DNA of 61,950 nucleotides, counting the filler. It is 13 parts of 13 records of this genome, joined end to end, with 100 filler letters (N's around TTAATTAATTAA, not from the genome) between each part and the next. Parts side by side here need not be neighbours in the genome. Positions count along the whole stretch, not along the records: positions 1 to 8,560 come from SRR9670534_1433; positions 8,661 to 18,946 come from SRR9670534_1440; 11 more parts are not named here. The stretch is one strand, 5' to 3'. A model generated the notes under the pieces. That model did no database searches, was not told the DNA's origin, and was given only the letters and a program-made list of their open reading frames with translations. Positions 1 through 12,309 of the stretch are shown here, one piece after another; position 1 is the first letter of the stretch, and each line of letters begins with the position of its first letter. The position numbers were made by a program, and so were the translations under genes.

Positions 1-20
1 AAAAATGAAGTTACACTTAC

Positions 21-2300
21 TAGACGCCGCTTTTTCTGTTCCGCTTTTTTATTATAGGGAAGTTTTAATATTTCATTTGGAGGTAAGACATGGCTAGATG
101 GTTCAGCGTTTTCATTAAAGTTATGTCCATGAACTTTTCCAACTGCTGGATTGAGATGAATGCTATGTGTTGTTTGAGCAGAAGTTGGATTTGAGGATTC
201 TTGATTGTTACTAACTTTCAACCCATGTTCATCCATATTTTCGGAGCGATTATGATCTATTAATAATCTATTGCTCTTGATTGCAAGTTTCTTCTTTTCT
301 TGGTCTCTCAATTCTTTAAAGCACGGATGTTTTAAGGCTTTTGTGGCTGTTATTCGATCTTCAGGATCATATGTACATAATTTGTATATGAGGTCTGTAC
401 ATTCTGGGCTTACATGGGGCATTAGCTTTTCTAAACCAGTTCCTTGTTTATGTGGAAAATTGAAGTTAATTAAACGTGATTTGCTAAAATTAAAAAAACA
501 TTAATATTTATGAAGTTTGTACTAACAAGCTTGTAAGTCGCAAGCAATACTTCCTAAATTTATGGAGGGTTTCTTGATTAGGAGTGCCCATAATATCATG
601 TATTTTGGCTATTTGATCAACCTCATTAGAACCGGGAAATAAAGGGTGCAAGCTACAATAATATAAAATCACCTAATAAAATATTATTGTTGTACATGAA
701 TTTCATGACAATAATAAAATGGCAACATTGTTGTCACAACAAAGCTTATTAATGTGCTTGTGCAACCTACCATAGAACTTCAAAGAAGACACAGCCCACA
801 CTCCATAAATCCATTTTGAAGCCATAGTATCCATCAGTCAAAAGACATTCAGGAGCTCTATACCATCGGGTTGATATATATTCAGTGTACGGCTGTTTTG
901 CAGTTATGGAGCGACAAGATCCGAAATCTGCCAGTTTGATTGCATCACCCTGAAATACGGTGAAGATATTTATGAAAAACATCTAAAATTGTTGTGAGTA
1001 CCTTGACTAAAATGTTTTCAGGTTTAACATCTCTATGAAATATGTGATTTCTGAAATGATAAAATTTTGTATTTAACATTTTCTAATTTAGAAGGAAAGA
1101 AATTGATACTTGTGCATATGGTCTATTGACTTGAGCAACTGATACATATACCATTTGACTCTGGGTTCTGGTAAATAATGCTTTTTTCCTAAACAAGGTG
1201 AAAATTATTCGACAGAAATGGTGATTAATTTTACCATTAACAAAAACATACACGTCATACTCGTTAAATATTAATTATTATTATTAATAATGATGATATT
1301 TGTAGCTTGGTCTTAGAAAACAGATTTGTCACCAGTAACAGCAACGAAATCTAGATGATGACCAGGGTTGGCCTTGGGTTTTATACACTCTACTAAACAT
1401 ATTTCCAGGAACTAATATCTAGAGTCATAGTGCAAATGAGAACGTCAGTTAACTTAGCACTTTGTTACATTTGGCAGAACACAGTAAGAAATTACCCTAC
1501 TACATATTAACGGGATTGGTTATGGTTGAATGGTGTCAAGAGGGGTTAGTTGGTAGAAGATTATTATTATTCTTCTCGATAACAGCTCCCCCTAGTGGGA
1601 GCTTATTGCTCTTGATAAACAATACTGCCTCTCTCTACCTGTAACAATCTATAGTTACCTTACCGATGTATCCCTTTTTTATTAAGCAAGGTGTTTATTC
1701 CGTTTGATGCAGTATGAAAGCAATTATTCTTCAATGAACGCTATGGCTAGTCGATATGACCCTTACCTCTAATGAGTTCATATAAATTGCATTCCATTAA
1801 TTCGCAAATCAGTGCCAAAGTACCAGACTTTTTATCACTAAATAAAAAATTTGTAAAACAGTTTATCGTCCTTATTAATAATTATTAAGGTATAATATAA
1901 TATTGACATTATTGTACTTATTAAGTAAATTTATAGAGAATTATTATTATTATTAAAATACAACTTACAATATAACTTCTTGCAATGACAAGACGTGTTC
2001 ATGGGGGTTTAGCTTTTTCATTGCTTGTATTTCTCGGAGATTATTTACATGGTCAATGCTGAAACGCATATACTATACTATAAAGAACTTACTAAAACAA
2101 TAACTTTATATTGAAGAACCTGTCATAATGTTGCTTCATCCGCTTACATGCCCAAAAGGTTCCATCTGAGACTTTTTGGCACTTTAGTACTTCAGAAAAA
2201 GTTCCTTCGCCTTTTTTACCCAATAGGCGATATTCTATAACAAGATTACGTAACAATGTATATCTTGCTGAACGAATAACTTACTGCTCAGAATTTCCAT
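21..2300 (-). CDS. MOK: MAPK/MAK/MRK-overlapping kinase (MOK/RAGE-1), multi-exon, continues beyond window start
   Basis: GT-AG exons at 2300-2285, 2234-2120, 2058-1969, 1837-1767, 1188-1110, ~1050-1002, ~949-771 and two more ending at 21. They splice to MEILSKYRLLGKKGEGTFSEVLK...ACKRMK...HRDVKPEN...DFGSCRS..KQPYTEYISTRWYRAPECLLTDGYY, the MOK-specific activation segment. A donor at 20 shows the gene runs off the window. Confidence 0.93.
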
Positions 2301-3101
2301 TCTATCAGCATTTACCACAAATTTAATGCCATTTTTAAAAGATAAAGGCGAGCAAATACAACAAGTTGAGTTTACAAAAATGACTGACAGCTAGCTAACA
2401 GTCCAATTCTTTTATATTGAATGCATTGATGTTTTATATTTAGCGTTCGTTTGTTGTTGGTTGTATTGGTGGTGTTACTATTGTATCCTATAGGTATCTT
2501 ATATACAGTCTTCAATTGTAATGATTGGAACAATGATCCCAGAATCAACAAACACTTTATTATAAACAACGACACGAATGGGTGAGATCAATTCATTTAC
2601 TTACTCCCATCAAAGAAAAGAGGCTAGATTCATTCGCTTTATCACAACACCTCAAATACATCTTTAATGGGTTAATCGCTATGGAAACAGGATTCATCGA
2701 TATTACACAGCTGAGCATTATGCTTTTGTTGGTATGGGCTATTGATGGAAAGGAAACCAGAATTATAATATTATTACCGAAACATCTTCTGGTTGGGTAA
2801 TATTGTCTTCTTATTAATAATGATGATAATTTCTTATTATCGAATATCGATAATAGCAGACGTACTGGCACAGATTTAATAAGGATGACATCTGTTGATG
2901 TATTTATTTTAATCCAGATGTCCAAATGTTGCCATCTAAATATAGGAGTTTATTTAGAAGCTGACTAGTATGATGTGTTGAATACTGCTCTTCTTTGGCG
3001 TCCCTTTTAACTCTGTTTTGAGGTTGTGCAAGATCTGTTTTGTACTTATTACACTTCAATACATAGTTCTTAGCAGCATAAATTATAGTCTTAACTGCAC
3101 G

Positions 3102-6100
3102 ATGGCTGATGGTGAAGAAGGAGCTCCCAGTTCTGAACAAGATGATATTTCATTCCTGAGAACGGTTGTTTCAGTTCTTCCAATTTAAATTTACTATGTA
3201 TTACATGCAGTAATATATCTTTATAGTTTTACTAAAATTTAGTAATGAAAAAGTATAATAGTATATGTATATGGAAAATATGAAAAACAATAGAGTATAT
3301 TATCATTAAATATGTTTGCTTAAGTTAAGTTAATAATTATTATTTATTAAATACGAATAATACATTTTTATAAAAGTAACTATATACAATGTCTTTTGTT
3401 TATTGCAGAATGACCTGATTTGTTTAAGTTGCAATACCAACATCTACGACCATGAAGGACAAACTTCTACTGAAAGACTATGTCTTGGAGCCGAAGGATT
3501 TGGTAACAGGATGTGTATGTTGGAATACATATCTCAAGGGGTAAATGCTTCATCATCAGTAACAAGAGATTGAAATCGTTTATAATATATTAATAATCAT
3601 ATGCTACATTATGATACACGTGTAGGCTAGTTATAAAGTGATAACATGGATAATATACAATATCTTTTACTATTTAAATAGTTTTACTATTTATGATTAT
3701 GAAAATTAGCAAATTTCACTTCAATTTTTTTGAAATTTTAAACATTTTTAAATTTTTTTTATTTTGGGGATTTATTCCTACAGCTTTATTATTTATAATA
3801 ATGATTAATAATAATGATTTAGTATCTCATCATACCTGATATGCCACTGTGTGTATTTGTTTTGGAACAGGCATTATCTGTCAGAGCCCTGCAAGAAATG
3901 GTGACAGCTCCTCAAAAAAATCAGGTGCTTTTATTAAAATTACAATGGACATTTTTTACTCAATAGGCCTAAATAAGTTTATTATTACTTATTATTATTA
4001 ATTTAATAATGAATGAAACAGATATTTGTACATTCAATTATTAATAATAATGACGGTTTTTTATTTTTCAAAGAAATCGTTGTATTTATTAGGGAGCAAC
4101 AGCAGGTCATAAAACCCTATTGTATGGACACGCAATATTATTAAGACACAATAACAGTGGGTTGGTAAGTTGAAATTAATGACAGTTGTCTTGCTACAAT
4201 TGTCTTGTTCAAAGTAATAAAGTTAGAAAATCTTTAGTACTTGAGTTGCTTGCTCTCAAGTTCATCAAGCGATAAACTGGCATTCGATGTTGGACTTGTG
4301 GAAGTTCCTGAAGGAGAATCATGCTGGTGGACAATTCACCCTGCATCAAAACAAAGAGCTGAGGGTGAAAAAGTCCGAGTTGGGGATGACTTAATACTAG
4401 TCAGTGTTGCATCTGAAAGATATCTGGTATTATCATACTTTTGTTGGCTTGAGTTTAATAATAATAAACGTGTGCTATTGATTGTATTGCAATGAAATTT
4501 TAGAATGTGTTCTCAAATCCGAACGAACTTTGTGTAATAGCATCTTTTCATCAAACTTTGTGGTCAGTACTACCGTTTTCTAATGGAAATGCAAGGTTAA
4601 GATTTCCTGGGTATGTGTTTGCAAGTGATGTTATAAGACTTTTTCATGGGCATATGGATGAATGCTTGACAGTTAGTCAGGAGTCGGATGAAGACTCACA
4701 GAGGTATGTATAGTAGATGGCGCTAGTTTTCCCTCATGGAATACCTTGCTTTGATATTGTGTACCGTGTACCTATATTGTAGTACGATTATTGTATAAAA
4801 TTCCGTTAATACATAATGCATTGATACTGCACCAGCCATGGCTGAGTATGCAACTACATCTACTGTCTCTAATAAATGAAAACCCTTATCACTATTGAAT
4901 ATAAATAACCATGTTTATTACCTATTATTATTATTAAATATCTGAAATAAACACGCCTACATTCTATACAATTAATTTAGCCTTAGACTTTTGTATGAAT
5001 CTGGTGCTGCATCTTTCCAAGCCAGATCACTGTGGAGAATAGAATATATTTGTTCCAAGTAAATTTCAAATTTTTAATTTCAGTATCCTTAGTTACTAAG
5101 GTTTAATATAACTATTTTAGTAACTATAATTATAATATATTTTGCAAATTAGAATGTTGTGTTGAATATAAGTCAAATATTTTAATAAATGTGGTATTTA
5201 CTTGATAATACGATAATTTCATATAAGAAACTTGGAGTAATTGTAACCTTAACGTTTTAGATGGGGTGGTTGCTTCATTGGGTGGGACATCTTGGTGAGA
5301 TTGAGACATGTCACTTCTGGACAGTACTTCTGTGTTAATGAAGATAATCATACATCATATTTGGCAAAGCGGGACAACTGTGGGGATAGTGAAACCATAT
5401 TTTGCATTAGACAGGAAAAAGACGAAAAGAAGATTGCTGAAGGTAGAGATGAAGAGGGTATGGGCATGTCATCTGTCAAATTTGGTGATACAGTAATATA
5501 TGTCCAACACGAAAGTACAGGACTTTGGCTCTCTTATGAGTCCATTGAAACAAAAAAGAGAGGATTAGGAAAAATATCGGAGAAAAGGGTAGCATTTCTG
5601 GCAGAGGGGCATATGGACGATGGTCTTACACTATCGCGAGCGCAGAATGAAGAATCGCGTTCAGCCTACGTTATAAGAAAATGTCAGTCCATCTTCACAA
5701 AGTTTATAAAGTAAGCATTTTATTTACTATGTTAATTAATGTAACAGTGCTAATTGTTGTACCTATATTTTAGTGGACTAGATGCTTTACGTATTGGAGG
5801 AAGAAATTGTGAAAAGTGGGCAATGGTGAATTTGGAAAATGTCATCTTATCATTGGAACATTTAATTGAATACTTCCAACATCCTTCTGTTCAGGAGGGT
5901 AAATTCTATTGATATTCAATAATTACTGTTATTTCCTGTACTCATGTAAGGTACAGCATTGCTTTACTTCAGCAATCGTATAAAGTTAATGTACGACTAT
6001 GTGTTCATAACAAAATGAATGTTTTAAAATCTAAAAACAAAACAAGCAATGGTCTTAGTAAAACGTATTTAGAGCATGAAGAAAAACAAGCTAAACTCAA

Positions 6101-8290
6101 AGCCTTGAGGAGTAGGCAAGACTTATTTCAGGAAGAGGGAATTGTTTCCTTGATTTTGGAAACTATTGATAAATTTAGCCAATATCATGGTAGAAGAGAT
6201 TTTGCATCACATGCTGGAGAAGATGCAGCTGCAAAGTGGGATTCAATTTTTAATGACCTATATTTATTGCTGGGTATTGCCAAGTACAATAACGTGTAAC
6301 TGTAACTAGAATATTTTGTTACATTAACTTTAGTTTTAAAATTTCCATATAACTTCTAATTTTAAAATTTGCAAATGAATGTCTAGAACTGTACATATTT
6401 AGCTGCAATGATTCGTGGCAATGGCTCTAATTGTGCAATATTTGCCCAGTCCAAAAGGCTTGATTGGTTGTTTAACAGATTGGAAAGTCAGGAAGCGTCT
6501 ACAGGTGTATTGGATGTATTGCACTTTGTCTTATTAGATAGCCCCGAAGCCCTCAGTATGATAAAGGAAAAACACATTAAAACGATCATATCTTTAATCG
6601 ATAAGCATGGTCGTGACGCTAAGGTATTGGTGAATTCCTCGCAAATAAATCTTCAGACTTTACGAACAATTTTTGTCACTGTGTTACATTTAGGTGCTGG
6701 AAGTTCTTTGTTCCCTTTGCGTAGGCAACAATGTTGCAGTAAGAGCGAATCAGAATTTAATTTGCGAAAACTTGTTGCCAAGTGGAGATTTGCTCCTGCA
6801 AACCAGGGTTATTGACTATGTCTCATGGTACTGCTTGCATCTTTGATATTGTTATTCAATATTTAATTGTTATGTATTCAATATTTAATAAGTCTTTTTT
6901 GCTGAAATTTGCAATATCATAGTGTTCGGCCAAACATTTATGTTGGTTATGTGGAGGGTTCTGCAATGTACACAAAGTGGTACTTTGAAGTTGTAGTTGA
7001 CATGATAGAAACTGTAGATGGTACACCTGTACATTGCAGAGTAGGTTGGGCTAATACTGATGGATTCATGCCTTATCCTGGTGGTGGTGAATCTTGGGGA
7101 GCAAATGGTGCAGGCGATGACTTGTATTCATATGCCTTTGATGGAAATAACATCTGGACAGGTTGGAGAAATTCTCTAAAACACTAGCGACAACTTTTTT
7201 AGTTATGTTATTGTACATGTAGGTGGTCATTTTCGTCCTGTCCAATCCTCAGATGGCTGGGCAACAAACGGCTTTCAAAAAGGTGACATAATTGGTTGTA
7301 TGCTAGATTTAAATGCAAGAAAAATATCCTTCACCTTAAATGGCAGGGTTGTTCCCGCATTTTTCGTTGACTTTAATATTTCTGGAATGTTTTTTCCAGC
7401 TATGAGTCTTTCAGCAAGAACAAGGTTTGGCATTTGAAATTTAACAATAATGAATGGTAAATGTTACAATACATTACCTATTCTTTGTATTATAATATAT
7501 TGCAATACGGTATTTCTAAACATTATTCATTTAAGATGTTACATGCTATGTATTTAAATACATTGATAAAGTTAACGAAAAGTACCGATTGGTTTTAACT
7601 TCTTTTTAAATATTGTCAATTAGTTGCCGATTTTTGTTTGGTGCACATCACGGAAGACTAAGATACTTTCCACCAATGGGATTTTCACCGTTAGTTGAAA
7701 CGATACTTCCGAAACAGGTAGTTAAGGTGGAGTCATGCTTTGACATTGGACAAGTTGAAAGAAACGTTTTAATTGGACCTCAAAAGTGTGATGACATTGA
7801 ACCATTTATCCCTATGCCAATTGACACCAGTGAAATTAGACTACCAAAGTACTTTGAAGATATTGTTTTGAAGATGGCTTTTAACTTGCACGAAATTTGG
7901 TCAGCAGAAAAAATAAGTCAAGGTTGGACATATGATACCGGTTTAAACTATGACAAAACGACACATCCATATTTGACAAGTTTTGACATGCTCCCACCAG
8001 AAGAACAAAATTATAACATAAAGGTATCTAGTGATGCAATAAAGGCAATGACAGCCAGTAACTTTCATATTCAACCTGATCCAGCCCTTCAAGAAGGGTT
8101 GAAAATGAAGTGCCAAAAGTTGGGAAATTTATATTTTCAACCTAATGGTTATAAACCAAATCCACTGGATCTGTCTGTAATCCCACTCCCATCAAAATTA
8201 GAAAGAGTCGTAGGAATTTTGGCTGAAAATACACATAATGTTTGGGCAAAGGATAGGGTCAGTAATGGATGGACGTATGGGCTGTCTGAT
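3102..8290 (+). CDS. RyR: Ryanodine receptor, N-terminal part (MIR, RIH, SPRY1, RyR repeat), truncated at contig end
   Basis: Starts [21 protein letters not shown]. Exons encode [91 protein letters not shown] and [13 protein letters not shown]. About 17 exons with GT-AG introns. Last visible donor at 8291. Confidence 0.96.
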
Positions 8291-8560
8291 GTAAGATTAT
8301 CACAATAACGTATGGAATATTTTAACTGAAATTCGCTTAGTGAATTTGTTTATTGTTATAACTTTAAATGAAATACAGTACTTCAAATAATCTCCAAAAA
8401 GTCGTTTACGGTACAAATGTAAATGGTGTATTATATCAGGTATTCCCACATATCTTCATTTCGTAATTACCTTCCTGTCATATTTTCATAACCCTTATAT
8501 ATTGTCGGATTACTATCCTTCTCCATTCGCTTCAACGTTAATCGCCTTTTTGGTTAAACG

Positions 8561-8660
8561 NNNNNNNNNNNNNNNNNNNNNNNNNNNNNNNNNNNNNNNN
8601 NNNNTTAATTAATTAANNNNNNNNNNNNNNNNNNNNNNNNNNNNNNNNNNNNNNNNNNNN
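8561..8660. other. Artificial contig spacer (44 N + TTAATTAATTAA + 44 N), first of 12
   Basis: The same 100-bp spacer, with stops in all six frames, recurs at 18947-19046, 23632-23731, 29368-29467, 31889-31988, 36757-36856, 41655-41754, 43835-43934, 50295-50394, 52942-53041, 55811-55910 and 59062-59161. Genes such as RyR, GPR89 and OFD1 are cut at these points and do not resume. Confidence 0.98.
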
Positions 8661-9394
8661 ATTATTATTATTATTATTATTATTATACTTCAATAATAAT
8701 TTGTTTACTGAACATCAATAAGTAAACATAACTATATTGTTATTTCATGTAATGTATCAACTTTGCTATATATTATTTTGCATAATCCCAATTATACCTC
8801 GCAAGAATTATTTATGCTTAACTACTCCATATTACATTGTTATTAATTATATTGCCAGTCTTCCATAAACGATAGATAGATAAATCTCTGACTGTCAAGA
8901 TTCGTTAAAATGATACAATTATCCCAGTTTGAATTATTAATTAGCCCATATGCTTGTTGACTGTCCTGCTCTACACTGTGCCTAACTTATTTCCATACCT
9001 CCTGCAGATCAGCAGCTACTTTATAATTATCTACATTTCCACAATACATCAATCACTTAACTCAAGATAAATACAAAAGTTCATGTTGGGTATTTATGCC
9101 CATATTTCACACAATTAGCAAAATTATGGGATAACATGCCATAAAATTATGATACTTGATGTATGCCTTGAATGTTCTTTTGAGATGATAAACAAAAAAT
9201 GCACATGCACGCACACGCTCTGCACGCGATAAGAGATTGTCAAATGTGTAAAAGCATATTGGGATGGAAGAAGGTGCCCAGCTTGATGTCACACCCCTTT
9301 AACATTGATAAGATTGACATGGATGGTGCAGTGATAAACCCCAACTACTTCCCCTTGGTGTGATAATTGCTAGATGGGGTAGAGTAGGGCTTAG

Positions 9395-9590
9395 TGGGTG
9401 GGGCTGAGCCGAGACACGTGGCTAACCAATGAGCTTGAAAATTCATTATGGACCAATGGGTTTTATAAATCTGGTTTCCAAGCCAATCCTGCTGCATTGG
9501 CTTTACTTGTTAGAACTGCCTGGTTGCTCTCAATTCTGCCGATAGATCTATCTTTTCCTCGCCTGTCAGTCAACTCTTTTGCACGCTAAG
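9395..9590 (+). promoter_or_regulatory. Putative distal Pax6 promoter and non-coding first exon
   Basis: G-rich box (~9395-9404), E-box CACGTG 9415-9420, CCAAT 9426 and 9453, TATAAA 9464, then a consensus donor AAG|GTAAGT at 9590/9591. Confidence 0.55.
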
Positions 9591-11469
9591 GTAAGTACGC
9601 GGAATAAAATTTAACTTTCTCTCTCTTTCGCGCTTCCTTAAGTGCTAAGCCTTCCGTAAGGCTTTGTAACTTTTCACGCTTCTCCACTCATAATCAAAGC
9701 AAGCTACCAACCAAGCATTTAAAACCCCTAGTAAACAAACCCCTTTTCATGCTTTTATCACTTTTGTAACATTTGCTGCTGCAAATGGAATTTCAGAACC
9801 TTTCATTCGTAAAAGATCTGAATATTCTACTAATATTTCACCATCTGCTGCTGCAAATGGTGGTGAATTTCAGAACCTATCACCATCAGCTGCAAATGGA
9901 ATTTCAGAACCCTTCAAATTCCCTTATTGTTATTATGGCTTGGTTTGTTGCTTGTTTATTATTTCTGTTAGTAAAAATAACTGTGGGCAAAAAGTGGCGC
10001 CAGGGTTGTAGTATCTTCACCAGGTAAGAGGATTATTACCCACCATTATGTGCTATGCGTTGTTGTATTTATCGCAAGTGGGCACTTGAGATCTGTTTTA
10101 AAAACATCTCACTATCATCACTTATCCCATAATTGCCGAAATTTCCCACAAATCCACCCAACCTAAATTCATATTATCATATCTCTCTTCGTTACTTTTA
10201 ATTTGTTTTTGTTACGTTTTAATTTGTATTTCCTTCGTCTTATGATAATTATTACAAATCCCCTGGCACAATACAACTTTTGTTTGCCAGGTGATTTGTA
10301 GAAATGAAATTAGAACATGTAGGATGATGCCCAATCAAGTGTGATGCGATTAATTAGGTTTCAGAAATTAGGGAGAGAGAGAGAGAGGGAGAAGTGCAGG
10401 TGCTACCAGCTACTTATAATGCGAACTTTAATACGGAAGGACGGACGCTGGCTCACTCACGACGCACGCGCCAATCTGTTACCCTTCCTCATTCCTGTTT
10501 TGCTTGCAATTATTACAAAAACAATAAAAATATTGTCACTTGTTAATAAACGACTTCCTCTTGCTGAGTGACCACTGGATGACACTACATTATAATTGTA
10601 TAAATTTATTATTTTTGGAAATGATGATGTATGTCTGTGGGTTAGTTAAGGTTTTGCCTGCCTACATAGTTAAATTTTCATGCTTCTTTGGAAGTATGTG
10701 TTTTTTTAGTTGCTAATTCATGTAGCCGTTAATAACTGATTTTGGTAAGGATGGCTGCTTTAAGAACCAATAATTACTCTTAATTATCATTTAAAATTAA
10801 AGCAGACGTGATTTGGTACAGGTTTTATTGGCATTTATTAAGTTGTTTTTTTTATTAAATTAAGGCAAACTTCTACTTCAAATTAGCACATAATTAGGAG
10901 CTAGAAATAGCGCCATCTTTTTTGACTTTGTAAATGCAGTCATACTAAAGCAATAGACCTATCCTAATTATTGTTACATTAGGAAAAGTTGAAGCAAATT
11001 TTACGATATGGGTGGCTATTAAGTTGTAATTTTTTCTTCCATTGATAGGAAAGTGAAAGAATATAGTGGTAGTGTCTTACACCTATAATAATAACCCCCT
11101 ATTATTTGCTATCATAAATCATCATACATACTTTATTATCATTATTATTATTAAGTGGTAGTAATACTAGAATGGTAGGGATGGTGTTTTGTAATGTATT
11201 GTGCTTTGAAAAGCCATGCACAAGGTAGTTTGTATACAAAGATGATACCTAACAATTAAGTTTATTACCACCTGGCCTTTCCCAACATGGAAATCGCTTG
11301 ATCTGTGCTATTTATACCCCTTTCCTGGGTTTTTGCCAAATTCCCATGGATTACACCCCTGTGCATGCACAGGATGTGAACTGACGAGATCCTTTGAAGG
11401 AAACTTCCTTTTAATTCAAGAATGATCTCTTTTACACATTAGCTTAATGGAACAGCATGATTCAGAGAG

Positions 11470-11979
11470 GCGTTGAGTCATGTGGCCCATTCGTTGAGTC
11501 ACGTGATCTATCCATAGTATAACTAATCTATTTTTAATCTAAAAATTCCTTTTAAAATTTTTAGTTCTGACTTCATAATTTATTAAAAGTTCTGAATTTT
11601 CTATTGTATAAATGGTTCAACTCAACATCAGCTGCAATTGGAATTTCAGAACTCTTCAAGAAATCTCAAAATTTGAAATCATTGTGACAAGGTTCTTGTT
11701 ACTTGAAAAGTTTGAAACTTTTCTTGAAAATCTATAATCGTGTGTTCTACACATTAACTTAATGGCTCAACATCCGTAGCCAATAAGAATAGTCGATGAA
11801 TCACGTGATCAATTCTTGTGTTTTGATTGGCTATTGGATTTTCCATTAGCTTCTCACGCGCTACATTGATAGAGAGCCAGCCTTATAACACAATAACTGT
11901 ATAGTAACGTTTATTTGTAATAATAATATGCTGCATGCCATGAGTAGATGTATTATAGTAAGTAGATATGCTATATAAA
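11470..11979 (+). promoter_or_regulatory. Putative proximal Pax6 promoter/enhancer
   Basis: Twin CGTTGAGTCAYGTG (AP-1 plus E-box) at ~11471-11505. Near-palindromic TAGCCAAT-AAGAAT...ATCACGTGAT...ATTCTT...ATTGGCTA at 11777-11833. TATATAAA at 11972, about 340 bp upstream of the ATG. Confidence 0.45.
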
Positions 11980-12309
11980 CCCTTCTCCACTGCCAAACGA
12001 ACAGCCCCTTTTAGATTAGGTTCATTGATTCCATTACAAAAGATAATAATATCATAATAATAAACTACTGCCAGCTACTTCACTTTGAACTGTACCCTTC
12101 TTCTAGATCATCACTTTCTTATTATTAGTAATAACAATGTGTTATCCAGCCACTCTTCTTTTGAGAAAGTGTTGCTGATTATAATCTATATGATAATTGT
12201 ATTCTATAGTATCCTATCAATCTTGTAGATCAGCAAGTGAATCAGCTACTGATTTTACGGAAATTAAAAAGACTTCATCATTCCTTGGTTTTCTTCGCTG
12301 ACGTGAAAA

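Noticed and set aside
271-504. Antisense ORFs over real exons (also 19887, 21887, 22471, 26171, 30691, 34415, 38267, 40154, 51996, 61539)
   Set aside because: They are shadows of coding exons on the opposite strand.
9107-10571. Short ORFs upstream of Pax6, including the QMEFQN-repeat ORF at 9773
   Set aside because: The repeated peptide derives from the DNA motif, which also occurs outside ORFs. There is no coding signal.
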